A stretch of 64,000 nucleotides of DNA from Vitrella brassicaformis CCMP3155 (lineage: Eukaryota; Protista; Chromerida), in NCBI GenBank assembly GCA_001179505.1, contig CDMY01000308.1:1-64000 (forward strand), read 5' to 3'. Of the stretch, positions 33,441-46,100 are shown one piece after another (the stretch's first letter is position 1; each line of letters opens with the position of its first letter). The translations under genes and the position numbers were made by a program. The notes below the pieces were generated by a model. It was not told the origin of the DNA. It worked only from the letters and a program-made list of their open reading frames with translations, and ran no database searches.

Positions 33441-34717
33441 ATGGCAGTGAGTAAGTGGCGCCCGACACAGCACAGACACGCTCACTCACCTGAATGTGCA
33501 TCTCTCTGTCTGTCTGTCTGTCTGTCTGTCCATCTCTCAATCACAGGAGCGGCGTTCGAGAACAGCAGTGAGGTCGGCGTGTACGCCAAGCTGACCAACG
33601 CGTACGCCTTGGTGGCCATCGGCGGGTCGGAGAACTTCTACTCTGTCTTCGAGGCCGAACTCGCCGACCACATCCCCGTCATCCACGCCAGCATCGGCGG
33701 CACGCGGATCATTGGCAGAGTCTCTGTCGGTCAGTCAGTCAAACAAAAAAGGAGGCGAAACACCCACACACCCACACACACACGACGGCCATCCGTGTGT
33801 GTGGTGTGTGGTTGTGACCCAACTACGTAGGCAACAGGAAGGGCTTGTTGGTGCCGACGATAACGACTGACCAGGAGCTGCAGCATCTGCGCAACGCTCT
33901 GCCAGACAGCGTCAAGATCCAGAGGGTGGAGGAGAGGCTGTCGGCCCTCGGCAACTGCATCGCCTGCAACGACTACGTCGCACTCGTACACACCGACCTC
34001 GACAGGCAGGTCGGCAGCAAGTCGACAGACGCGAGATGGTCTGCATGGAATTTGTCGATCTGATCTGCCTGTGTGCGTGTGACCAGACGGAGGAGATTTT
34101 GCAGGACACGCTTGACGTGGAGGTGTTCCGGGCCACGATAGCGGGCAACGTTCTGGTCGGCAGCTACTGCGCCATCACCAACCTCGGCGGACTGGTAAGA
34201 CAACACCGACGAATGACACCAGCACATTCATGTGTGGATGGATGTGTGTGTGTGTGTGTGTAGGTGCATGCTCGTACGTCGGTCGAGGACATGGAGGAGT
34301 TGTCTCAGCTGCTGCAGATACCCCTCACCGCAGGCACCATCAACAGAGGATCTGACGTCATCGGCGCTGGTGCGACAGACAGACAGACAGACAGAGAGAA
34401 AGACAGAGAGAAACGTGCATATAGTGGAGTGACTGAGTGAGTGCTCTCTCGTGTGTGTGCAGGTGTGGTGGCCAACGATTGGGCAGCTTTCTGTGGAATG
34501 GACACGACCGCAACGGAGCTGGGGGTGGTCGAACGGATCTTCAAACTCTCAGGTCAGCAGAGCAATGCGCTCATCCGCCCGGCTACCCACACGCACACAC
34601 ACTGATGCTGTGCTGTGCTGTCTGTCCTTTTATGTGTGTGCAGGTGCGACCCAGGAGCCGTCGAAGGTGATGGGCGACCTGACACTGAGGAGTTCCCTCA
34701 TCGACACACTCACATGA
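33441..34717 (+). CDS. EIF6: Eukaryotic translation initiation factor 6
   Basis: Spliced MAV|[58 protein letters not shown]...[23 protein letters not shown]...NVLVGSYC...[14 protein letters not shown]|[19 protein letters not shown]...SSLIDTLT*, the canonical eIF6 sequence. Confidence 0.98.
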
Positions 34718-34924
34718 CGGGTGGCCGTCATGGCCTGTGAGGATGTGGCTGGGCGGGCGGGGTCGGTCTGGATGCTATCAGTGTGTTTGGGGTGTACGTG
34801 TGTGTGGGTATGCACCGCTTTGCTGGTGCATTCATCGATGCGATTGAGTGATTGACCGAGTGAATGGGTGAGTGGGTCATTGTCTGTCTGGTGGGCGTCT
34901 TGTTCTTTGTGGCAAGGTGTCATG

Positions 34925-35045
34925 CACAGTGTGGCTGGCTGGCTGGAGTGCGTCGACTAGACGGATGGATGGATGGATGGGCGGGACAAGACAAAAAAGC
35001 AGGACATTGTTTTTTCAGTGAAGCAACGAAGTGCAATGAAATGAA
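34925..35045 (+). repeat. Direct repeat copy 1 (~120 bp), partner at 36663-36770
   Basis: Shared CACAGTGTGGCTGGCTGG...GTCGACTA...GGATGGGCGGGACAAGACAAAA...GCAGGAC...TTCAGTGAAGC(A/G)ACGAA. Confidence 0.85.
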
Positions 35046-35282
35046 ATCAGCAGGCAGGGATCCTCAGCAATTTGGGTTAGGGTTTAAAAGGCAGGGCCAA
35101 GCAAAAGGCGGTCCACAGCAACAGTCATGGGCACACACATCACTGACGCAGGCAGCTGTAGGAGCATATAGAACTTCCTCTGACCTATGCATTACTTGGG
35201 AGGGGCAGCGAATAGAGACACAGAGCAAGACATAGGCACACCACACACGCACGCACCGGACCACATCGCCTGCCGCACGACC

Positions 35283-35520
35283 AGTGACCCCATCCAGCGC
35301 CCCGTCAGGATGGTGGCTCACACATACACAGAGAGGGAGAGAGAGCGAGTGACCCCATCCAGCGCCCCGTCAGGATGGTGGCTCACACATACACAGAGAG
35401 GTAGAGAGAGCGAGTGACCCCATCCAGCGCCCCGTCAGGATGGTGGCTCACACATACACAGAGAGGTAGACAGAGAGAGTGTCCCCATCCAGCGCCCCGT
35501 CAGGATGGCGGCTCACACAT
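35283..35520 (+). repeat. Tandem minisatellite, 65-bp unit x ~3.7
   Basis: Units start at 35283, 35348, 35413 and 35478: AGTGACCCCATCCAGCGCCCCGTCAGGATGGTGGCTCACACATACACAGAGAG plus a GA-rich linker. Confidence 0.95.
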
Positions 35521-35565
35521 AATGAGCCGCAGGTCATCTCATGCACCCTGCAACAAACCCCCGAT

Positions 35566-36400
35566 TCACTCTCGCCACTCCACATGACTTTGCATCTCTC
35601 GCTTTCGACGCTTCTTCCCAGTTGCTTCCTCCAAACACTTGGCGACGATGAAGAAGCCAAAGCACTTGTCCTCCGGCTGCATCTCAAGAAACTGTGCCAT
35701 CTCGGGGGAATCCCGAAACGAAGAAAACCACGAGCTCCAATAACAACCCAAATCACGCTCGGTTGAAGCCTGCAAATACATATCATTCATTCATTCATTC
35801 GTTCATTCGGCGTCCTCATGAACACACCTGCAAATGCATGTTCTGCACCGCACAGGCGGTCGCAGCCGCTTCCTCCCATTCGGGCATCCTCTTCGAGCCA
35901 GCTTGCCGGCGCATCACAATCGCCACCATGAAGGAAACCGATCCCCAGCGACCGTCGACCTCCCGCTCCCTGACCTGCCGCCATTGCCCATACTGCTCCT
36001 CCGTCTCAGCAATCCCAACGCCGCGCCAATGCTGGTCGTAGTAGGCCAGGGTGAGGTGCTGCAGCTCCAGCATGCCCTTGCGGCCGAGCACCACGAAGCG
36101 CCAGGGAGGCACAGGCCCATGGAACGGCGCACACATGGCTGCCTCCAGCAAACGCTCCATCTGCTGTGCAGACACCGCCTCGTTGACGTAATGCCGAGGG
36201 AATACCGAGCGACGGTTCTGGATGCAGGCGAGTACCGGTTGGACATCATCGCCGCTGTTGCTGCTGCGCGTCTCGTCTGCCGGCTGATGCTGCTGCTTGC
36301 GCCTCAGTTGCAGGAACACCACGCTGAGACAGCAGACTGCCACCAAAGTGACCAAACTTGTGCCGACCGTCAAAATGCTGCCCTCGGCGACCGACTCCAT
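35566..36400 (-). CDS. Nitroreductase family protein (YdjA-like) with N-terminal membrane anchor
   Basis: IQNRRSV, LLEAAMCAPFHG...PWRFVV, EEAAATACAVQNMHLQ|A...GCYWSS, FLEM...FGFFIV. One intron (35770-35827). Hydrophobic N-terminal segment. Confidence 0.9.
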
Positions 36401-36662
36401 GTCGCTAACGAGTCGAAAGGGGAGAAAGCCTCCGAGGCGAAAGCATTAGGGTTCAGACAGGCTTTCGAGCCACTTAGGACATTTCGTGAAACCGCTCCCC
36501 ATTAGGGTTTAGGGTGTAGGGTTTGTGAGTGCCTGAGAGCACAAGCGAGAACCAACCAGAAGCTCCCCAGCTGACATCTCTCTCTGTCTGTGTGTGCCTG
36601 TTTTGAGGAAGATGCTGCCCATTCTCCACGACCAGGCCGGCACCCGACTCTAAACCCTAATA

Positions 36663-36770
36663 CACAGTGTGGCTGGCTGGCCGGCTGGAGGGGTCGACTA
36701 CTGATGGATGGGCGGGACAAGACAAAAGCAGGACCCTGGTTCATTCAGTGAAGCGACGAAATGACACGAA
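36663..36770 (+). repeat. Direct repeat copy 2, partner at 34925-35045
   Basis: Visual alignment; telomere-like motifs lie on both sides. Confidence 0.85.
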
Positions 36771-36861
36771 ACGAGCCCCGCTGCAGGGTTCAGGGTACCA
36801 AACCCTCAACCCTAAACTCTGAAGATCTCGCCACCTCGGCCGCGCGAAGAGGACCACAAGG

Positions 36862-39800
36862 ATGGCTGACGCGTGCACGTGTGCGATAGCCGGCTCTGGC
36901 TGCGAGGACCAGTTCACACAATGCGGTTAGTGAGTCAGTGAGTCAGTGACTGACTGCGTGAGAGTGACCTGAGAAGCGGCGGCAGATGCTGGACGGATCC
37001 ATCCATGTGTGTCTGTGTGTGTGTGGTGTTGTGCAGGCATCCCCTGCCCACAGGCGTTCCCCACATCAGCCTACGGTCAGTCAGTGACAGAGAGAAAGGC
37101 AATTGATAGATCCACGATGCCCATGAATGCGTGTGTGTTGTGCCGTGTGCAGATCTGGCAGTGACTTATGGCGTGCCCGTCGTGTGCTTCATGGCGCTCT
37201 TCCTCATCATTGGGCTGCTCACCATTCTGCGCGTCAGGGGAGGTTAGACAGACACACACACACAGATGGGTGCAGGGGCAGACGCCACGCCCAGAGAGAG
37301 ATGCCATCCCACAACGTCATCTGCTTCTTCGATTATTGTTTGGCAGACCCGGAGAACTTCTTCGTCTGCGGCCGATCTCTCCCTCTGTGAGTCACACACA
37401 CACACACGCGACGCATGGGTCCTGATGTGTGTGTCCATCTGGCTGGCTGTGTCTGTATGTGTGTGTGTCTGTGTGTCAGGTTCGTGGTCACCATGACGCT
37501 GGCCTCGCAGTCACTGGACTCTTCTGGGGCCCTCGGCAATGTCATACTGGTACGCGCCGCGCCACACACGCGGCCGGCATCTGTGGGATGGGACGGCCGA
37601 CCAATGGGTTCGCCTGACGCCTGTATGATGTGTGTGTCTGTGGTTGGTCAGTCGTATAAGTTCCACTTCTGGGACGGGGCTGTGCTGCCAATCGGACTGG
37701 TTCGTGTGGATGTCATGACACCCACACAGACACGGGCAAGGGTGTAGGAACGTTTGTGTGTGTGTGTCCTCTTGTGTTTGCAGGCGTGTTGTCTCTTCAT
37801 GAACGGGTTCTTCCTGGCCAAGCCCCTCCACCAGATGAACCTCCTCACTCTCCCCGACTTCTTCAAGAGAAAAGTAAAACAAATTCGTGTGCTAGCTAGG
37901 TGTGTGTCCATGCGATTCGCACCGTTGTCTGGGTGTCAGTATGGCGATGACCACCTGTGTGTGTGTGTCTGTGTGTGTGGTCAGTATGGCTATATTGCTG
38001 AGGTGTGCGCGTGCATTCTGTGCATGGTCAGCTTCATCTTCCTCCTGGCCGGCAACTTCGTGGGTAAGCCAGGCGGCGCGTACCAGCCCGCCACCCCGCC
38101 AGCTCTCGGCATGTGTGTGTGTGTGTGTGCAGGTACGTCGACCTTGTTGGGTTTTCTGTTCAACATCGACCAGGACAGCGCCACCTGGATCACCGCCATA
38201 GCCATCTGGGCCTACACTGCTGCAGGCGGTCTCTTCAGCGTCGCCTACACGGATGTGCTCCAAGCCGGCCTTGGGTGGACGGGCATCCTTGTGGGCTCCA
38301 TCTATGCCTTCGTCCACTTCGGCGCAAGTAAGCAGACAGACACCTGCACACACAACCAACAGGCCGATTCATACCCCTCTCTCTCTCTGTGTGTGTGCCC
38401 ATGTAGGCCCTGACAAGGGCCCCGCGTATCCTTACGGCGACACCCCCATCGTGTGGGGCGGAATGAGAGACGGAGACGCTTACGCGCCCTTCCCCAACGC
38501 CATCATGTTCAACTGGAGCACCATCTTCGTGCTGGCCTTCGGCAACCTCATGGCCCTCGACTTCCAGGTACACACACCAGAATGATGCACGCGCTATGTG
38601 CCCCTGTTTGTGTGTGTGGTTGTGTGTGTGTGTGTGGTTGTGGTTGCAGGCCCGCACATTTGCCTCAAGGTCCTGGCAAGTCGCGAAATGGTACGTGTGT
38701 GAAGAGACCGTCTGTCTGAATCTGTCAGCTAGACTAGGAGCGATCCATCTGACCATCTCTCTCTCTCTCTCTCTGTGTGTGGTTGTGTTATGTGTGTGTG
38801 CGTCTCTGCAGGGGCAACATTCTTGCCGGCATCGCGACGATCGTGTTGGGACTGTTCTGGTCGTTCGTCGGCGGCACAGCGCGGAAACTCTATGGACCAC
38901 AGTCGCCCTATGCTGGTGCGCGAGTGCACTGAGCGAGTATGCCCACACACACGCGGGATGATGAGCAATGCCTGTGTGTGGTGTGTGCAGAGTTCCGTGT
39001 GGACTCGTGCTCCACTGACCTGGAGCTGCTGAACCCTGACGGCACCATCACGGTAAAAACACTGACCTGTCTCTGAATGCAATGCACACGCAGGTGGCGC
39101 ACAACAAATCTGTGTGTGTGTGTGTGGATGGATGGTGTGCAGAAAGGGGCTGCTTCCTGCGCCGAGTGGGTGTTTGATCCGGTAAATGCGATCCATCTTT
39201 GCGCGTGTGTGGCATGTGTGTGAGCGTGCCTTTGTGTGCAGAATGGCCCGCTGAAGATGTTCACCAATGAGTTCCCGCCTTTCCTCGGTCAGCACACACA
39301 CACACACACACAAACCATCCACACACTCATCCATCCATCCATTCATGTGTGTGTGTGTCAACAGGAGCCTGGATGATGATCTCCATCGTCGCTGCATCCA
39401 TGTCCACTGCGGACGGCGCCATCCTCGCCCTCTCCACTGTCGCATCGCACAATCTCGCTAGGCAACCATACACACACAGAGAGAGAGAGGCACAAGGCAC
39501 ACACACGTATGTTATGTGTATCGGGATGCAGGAAGCTCGGTGGGTGGTTCGGTGACTCCAAGAACCTGCTGACGCTGACGCGAGTGACCACCATCATCTG
39601 GACGGTCGTCGCTGCCCTGGTGGCCACATTCAATGCCGACCCAGGGTGACTGGACGGGACCCCTTCAGTCCTCCCACCCACCCACACACACGTCTCCATG
39701 GCTGTATGTGTGTTGTGTTGTTCTTGTGTTTGCTGTGTGTGGGGATCAGTGCCCTGCTGATCGTGGCTTTTGACTGCGTGTTTGCGGGCACGGTGGTGCC

Positions 39801-40766
39801 GCTGTTCGCCGGCGTCTACTGGAAGAAGACTACGCCTAACGCTGCGGTACGTGCAATGCCTGGGGGTCTTGGATGCCTTCACATACAACATGTGTCCATG
39901 TGGACGGATGGATGGATGGATGGCAGATCGCCTCAATCGTCGGCGGCAGTGTGCTGCGCGGCATCCTGCAGTTCGCACTGCCCAAGGTAAGCACTGAGAC
40001 AGAGAGAGGCACAGAGACATAAGGACACCTGCATCTGTGTGTGTGTGTGTGTGTGTGTGGTGTCTCAGGACGGGTCACTGGTGCTGCTGGGCCCGACCAC
40101 GGCCAAAGCATACGGTGAGATGTCTTCAGGAAAGAATCCAATCCACCTGCACACATACCTATCTGATCTGTGTGTGTGTGTGTCTGCGTGTGTGTGAGCA
40201 GGCCCATCAGTTGAAGACGTTGCCCAGTGCGTGCAGCCGAGACTCCAAGATTGGAGCGGTATCACAAAGACACACACACCCCAACCACACAGACACACAT
40301 CCATAGGTGTCTCGCTGCTGCATCACTCGATCGGTCAGGTGTGGACAGCCTGATAGCCCCCGCCTTCTCGCTCTTCCTGATCGTCACCATCTCGCTGTTT
40401 GAGCGCTCTTGCGCCAAGGGCGACTGCCTGGGCGGTTTCCTCAAGCGATGGAGGACACCCACCGTAAGCACAGCTCCGCGGTCACGTGTGTGTGTGTGTG
40501 TGGCATTCTGTGTGTGTTGGCTGACAGGATGAGATGAAGCCGCCCGGCGAAGAGAAGGAGCTGGCGGGCGGCATGTCGGTGAGTATGAAGCCCACTCGCA
40601 CACAGACACAGACACAGACACACATGTGTTCTCTCTCTGGGTGTCTGGTCTGGTGTGGTGTGGTGTGTGGTGTGTGATGCAGCCGTCTACTTTTGCGGGC
40701 GACTCACCGCCTCTTCCCGGCTCGCCCACCAAGTCGGGCAAGTACTCGGACGACACCGACGTGTGA
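36862..40766 (+). CDS. Sodium:solute symporter (SSS/SLC5), choline-transporter-like subgroup
   Basis: Many hydrophobic exons with SSS motifs: FFVCGRSLPL, MTLASQSLDS, FFLAKPL...LTLPDFF, YTAAGGLFSVAYTDVLQ, FGNLMALDFQ|ART, SMSTADGAILALSTVASHN, VVPLFAGVYWKKTTPNAA. Stop TGA at 40764-40766. Start approximate. Confidence 0.88.
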
Positions 40767-41946
40767 CTGATTGACGACAAATCGACCACAGACAGAGAGA
40801 GGGACAGAGAGAGGGATGGTCCGTCTCCACTGCTCTGCTGCTGCTGCCTGGTGCGTGTTGGTGAATACATGGATGTGTGGATGTGTGTGATGCATGTGGG
40901 TGTGTGCATGTGCGTCTTCATTATTATTATGTGGATCGTGGCGATTTTGCCCACTTTCATTCATTCATGATGTCCGTGGTGCATGTTGAGATGAGATGAG
41001 ATGAGATGGGGTGAGATGAGATGAGAACAAAGGTGGCGCAGCCAAGGGCTCGTATGCACTTTTTCGCCTGCGTCCCCTGGCTGCCTGCCGCATGCATGCC
41101 TGCTGCTGACTGCACTGAGTTCCACTCATTGTAGCGTACGCAGTGTCCAATTGCCTGTCTGTCTGTCTGTCTGGTTGTGTTGCTCGTTCGCTCGTTCATC
41201 TGTCTGTCTGTTTGTCGATCGGTCGATGGCGTCATTGTCGTAATTACACGAATGTGGCAGGAAGACGTGTTGTTGCCCTTTTATTCATCATCGCCCAATG
41301 CTTGTCTTGTCCATATACACAATCACACACACAGAGCGAGTGTCGCATGGAAGATATACGCCCATTTTTGGTGCGTATCATCATGTGTGCCCACTCGCAG
41401 TCGTCAGTGATGTTTCAACAATGCCTTCAGTCGGTTATGTACAGTTGTGTCTGTGTTGTGTTGGTTGTCGTGTCCCTACCTGGTCTTGTCGATGTCGCTG
41501 GTTCATCTGTCTGTCTGTGTGTCGATCGATAGCCGTGTTCTGTTCTTCCTTTCACACCGGACAAAAAATGACAGCCTGCAAGCGGCTGACCGTTGCTGGG
41601 GGAGAGGGAGAGAGGGGGATGTCGGGGGGTATCGTCGATGGGCCCGGGTTGCATGTACCTGTTCATGCTGCGTGTGCACCATAGACACACGTATACAGAT
41701 GGTCGTTCGTTCGTTGGTTCGTTTTAAGTCATGTATTATTCACGTGGACATTCCTGTAGTTGGTCGTCTCCATGATGTCTCGTGCGTGTCTGTCGTCTGC
41801 GTGTGTGTGTGTGTGTGCCATGGCCGCATACACAGGACACACCCAGACAGACGGACATTACATACCATCCATCCAGCAGTAGCTGTGGGTGGGCGGGTGG
41901 GGCGGGTGGGCGGGTCGGGCTACAACGAGTGTCGCATGTCCATGTG

Positions 41947-42246
41947 NNNNNNNNNNNNNNNNNNNNNNNNNNNNNNNNNNNNNNNNNNNNNNNNNNNNNN
42001 NNNNNNNNNNNNNNNNNNNNNNNNNNNNNNNNNNNNNNNNNNNNNNNNNNNNNNNNNNNNNNNNNNNNNNNNNNNNNNNNNNNNNNNNNNNNNNNNNNNN
42101 NNNNNNNNNNNNNNNNNNNNNNNNNNNNNNNNNNNNNNNNNNNNNNNNNNNNNNNNNNNNNNNNNNNNNNNNNNNNNNNNNNNNNNNNNNNNNNNNNNNN
42201 NNNNNNNNNNNNNNNNNNNNNNNNNNNNNNNNNNNNNNNNNNNNNN
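41947..42246. other. Assembly gap (300 N)
   Basis: Run of N. The same 34-mer GGTCGGGCTACAACGAGTGTCGCATGTCCATGTG precedes and follows it. Confidence 1.
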
Positions 42247-42284
42247 GGTCGGGCTACAACGAGTGTCGCATGTCCATGTGTGTG

Positions 42285-42450
42285 GATGATGAGTGGGGAT
42301 ATGTCTGCTTTTTATCAGCAATAGCTAATTGCATGACGGCGTGAAGGTGTTGTGCGTGAGTGCATCGGTATGGTGGCTGGCCGAACCGTGTCTATGCATG
42401 TGTCACGCAGACCAGTGGACAGATGGGCGGACGGTGAATGGATTGACAGA
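42285..42450 (+). repeat. Diverged direct repeat copy 1, partner at ~52200-52370
   Basis: Shared blocks GATGAGTGGG, TGCTTTT(T)ATCA...TAGCT(A/G)ATTG, TCACGCAGACCAGTG, GACAGATGG and GGACGGTGAATGGATT, in the same order. Confidence 0.6.
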
Positions 42451-43124
42451 TGGGTGGGTGTCAACACAGCATCTGAAATCAGTCAGCCAAGGATCCATGC
42501 ACTCAGCTGGACTCATCTGACTCTTTGAGCTCGAGCTATCGTCATATGGTTGACGTGTGTAAAAGGGGAGGATCGGCACTGCACCTTTACATACACACAC
42601 ACACACAGAGGCAGTCAGTCTGTCTGTCCATTATACACGCAAAGAGAACACACCTCTCATTGATAAAGGTCACCAAACTGTCATCTCTGCGCAGCCGCCT
42701 ATCGCAGCTGGAGACCAAGTCTTTTCTTCTTCACGTTACCATAATAGGAACAGATGGATGTGTGTATGCGCCTAAGGCCTTCAGGTGACCGAGTCAGTCA
42801 CAAAAGGCGGCCGAAGTGGCGCATGTACTTGGTATACCACGCTACACTACGCTACACTGCACTACGTACTACATGCCGCGCAACACGACACCACACAGCA
42901 CACGGACGCGTCCATTACACATCGCGTCTACGGCTAGATTCACGCGCATAGCCTCTCCCTCACTCACTCACTCACTCACAGCACGAAAGAGGACAGTGCA
43001 AACCGCCACACAAACAATACTCTCGACTGCGGCACTTCTGGCTGATTAGATGAGACCCCATCGTCAATCAGTTGCCGAATGTGACTGCCACTCGATGAGA
43101 CCGCTTCTGGCCAATAGATCACCA

Positions 43125-46100
43125 TCAATCATCATTCTCGGCAGCCATGGCGACCAAGGCGTCATAGACGGCCTCGGCCGACACCGACAATGCCACGCTG
43201 TCGTTGCCCTCATGGTCCGTGCTGAGCCGATGCCAATCGACTCGCGTGAGGTGGCTGGGGGGCGTCAGGGCGGCCGTGTGGGAGTCGACCGGCTGTAATT
43301 GGGTCGAGCCAACGGGCGACGCAGCGCCACCCATCGGCATGTCCTCTGCTGCATGGCCAGATGGCGTCTCGACCACGGTGGGCGCGAGGCTCGCGAGGAC
43401 CTCCGGGATGTCCTCCTGCATCCAACGAACAACACAGAAGAGCATAGCACACTCACACATACACTGGCCTATATCGCTCTCACCGACCGGTGGGCTGCCC
43501 TTCTCGATGAGTGTTCGTTTGGCCTTGCGGAACGCCTCATAGAGCCCCCGCCAGCCGCCGGTGTGCTGCCGATGGTGTGTCGACGCCTCGATGTCGGCCT
43601 TCTCTAAATCACTGCCGTCGGCCGTGTGGCTGAGGGCCACCTGGTGCGTCTGCTCTCTGCTGACAAGCTCGTCCACCACATAGCACAAGTTTGCCTGCAG
43701 GTCCTGCAATGTGATGCCCTCAGACACGTCCGAGAGCTCCGACTGCCCATTCGACGTCTTGTCGGCCTCCAATCGAGTCGACACTGCAAACATCACCATC
43801 TCGTGTGTGCGTGTGTCATACATATCGTGATCAAGACAGTCAGCTGACCCTTGTCGGAGTGCTGGTTGTGGAATACATTGGAGAGGTCGGCAGTCCGCAT
43901 GTCCCGCAATTTCTGCCCAGCCAAACAAAGACACATGCAGAAAAGGATACATACGCACCGCGGACAGGAGCACTTGGATCCTCCCTTGTTGTGTTGCTTA
44001 CGGTGGCGCTGCTGTCGTCGGGTTTGGGCAGATGGACGACCACCTCGCCTTGTCGACGGCTGCGCGCCCCTACTCGGCTTTGCCGCAGGCTCTGCACCAG
44101 GAAGGCATGGCTCCACAGAAACTCGTTGCTGACCAACCAAACCACGCGACACACACAAACACAGGAGGTATTGATGTCTGTGTGTCCTTTGTGTGTGTGC
44201 TTACAAGTCGCCGGGCACGTGTGTGACTTTGAGTCTCTCAATGGCGTCCTTCACGGCGGCTGACGTCAGGTCCATGGCCGCCACAACACGATTCACCGGC
44301 CGCCCGACAAAGGGACGGCACCGCACTGATGTAGCAGCGGGGGGCCCATCGCCAGAGAGGGCGGCGCTGGACCAGTCATAGAAGACCTTTGGCGAGACGC
44401 GCCGTTTCTCCTCCTCTCTGTGGATCAGCCACGACACTAACAGCCCCATCCCACAACCGGACATCACACGAGCTGAATCAAACGACACACGACAACATAA
44501 GCAGACAGATGGGACCAAAGATGCTGATTCTGTGCCGTCCATACTGCCCACCGAAAGCCTTGTTGCGGTCGGTGAGTGCCGTGTATCGGTAGCCCACTTG
44601 CAGCAGACCATACCGACATATCTGCGCCGCCAGCACGACATAGTGCACCAAGTTGGCCACAATGACTACCACCACGAGGACGATCGTCAGCTCCGGAGAG
44701 GTCCCCTTGGGCAGCATGACCACAAATGACATAACGAACAGCGACATTAGCCACACCAGCAGCCCACGCGTCTCCGTCCGATTCAATATGTCCATACTGC
44801 CTCGGTCGAACGGCCACACGGTCAGCTGCAGCGCCAGACACACAGCGGCTACCACCGTCCAGCCCAGCAGCTGTTGGCGGGGCTGAGCCGTTGCCTGCTG
44901 TGCGATTAACAACACCAAAACACGCCTCATGGCAAGGACAGCGTCCCAGTGGTAGAAGCTGTTGCGATAGCCGGCATACAGAAAGCCGACCCTTCTTCGC
45001 ATGCGATACTTCTGCAGGCCCTCTCTATGCCGCCACAGAAACGCCACGCCACACACCACTGGGGCGAATGTCCACAGCAGTAGACCAGCCACGGCAATCC
45101 ACAGAGAAGGGGCGTGCTCGGCCGATCGACAGATGACATGAGAGTCGAGGTCCATCCGGGGCCGCATGTCATCCATCGGGTCAGTAGGCAGCAGACTGAC
45201 ACTCTCTCCCGTCGCGATATGTATGACGTCGTCCACATAGGGATACCATCGGCACCGCAGGAGGGCCAGCATGCTCTTGGTGACGGTGGGATGGATGAAA
45301 GTAAGAATGACGACCATCATCGTGCCTCGGTTGTCAAGCCACTGCCGCCATCGGCCGTTCTTGTGGGGCTCCGCTAGGGAAGACTGGCAGGAGGGCGGCG
45401 TCACTGGCTCGGTTCGTGAGTCCTTCTGGAAGGTGACCGATCGCTGGTGCGGCCCGTGTGCGGCAGGCGTGTCTGTCTTGCCATTGGTCACGGATGGGGG
45501 CGCCGACAGGGCTCGGAGGTAGGTGTCGGTGTCCAATGAGGTCGACTCGTCGCTGGCAATGTGCCGTTTCGACTTCAACGCATTACGAACTCGGTCAAAT
45601 CCACTCGCTGCAAACACGTAACGATCAAGCCAGTAACGATTACAATTCATTGCTTTCTGGAGAACGTGTGTGTATGTGCTCACCGATGAGGGGCGCAATG
45701 GTTACCCAGACGATGGGTAGCGCCAGCCAGATGGCATGCCGATACAGCACGCATTTGTCGCCCACATATGGCCTCAGCAGACATTCCCATATCTGGTAGC
45801 TCTGAGGGACGCCGCCACTCCATGCGAAGAATGAGCCGACCAGTGAGGATATCTCATCGCCCCAGAGGGACTCGTCGAACACGAGAAAGGCCAAACCACA
45901 CACATGCACTCACATACGGCAACAACATACAGACGATGGAAGGAGAGTGCACACGTCTGTCTTTCCTCTTACTGCGGTGATGTGTGAGAGTCCGATTTTG
46001 ATCAGCTGCGAGGGCACCTCAGCGCGCAGGGACGCCGCCGCCCTGAACACAGACACACAGACAGAACGGACACAGATGTCCATTGAATGTATGAGAGACA

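Noticed and set aside
35283-35520. CRISPR-like repeat-spacer array
   Set aside because: The apparent spacers are near-identical GA-rich linkers, not unique sequences. There are no cas genes and the context is eukaryotic. It is a minisatellite.
41913-42280. 34-bp direct repeat flanking the N-gap (possible target-site duplication)
   Set aside because: Identical sequence directly on both sides of a scaffold gap is best explained as overlapping contig ends.
40957-42960. Short Cys/Val- or His/Thr-rich ORFs in intergenic DNA
   Set aside because: Translations of (GT)n, (CA)n and (GACA)n tracts.
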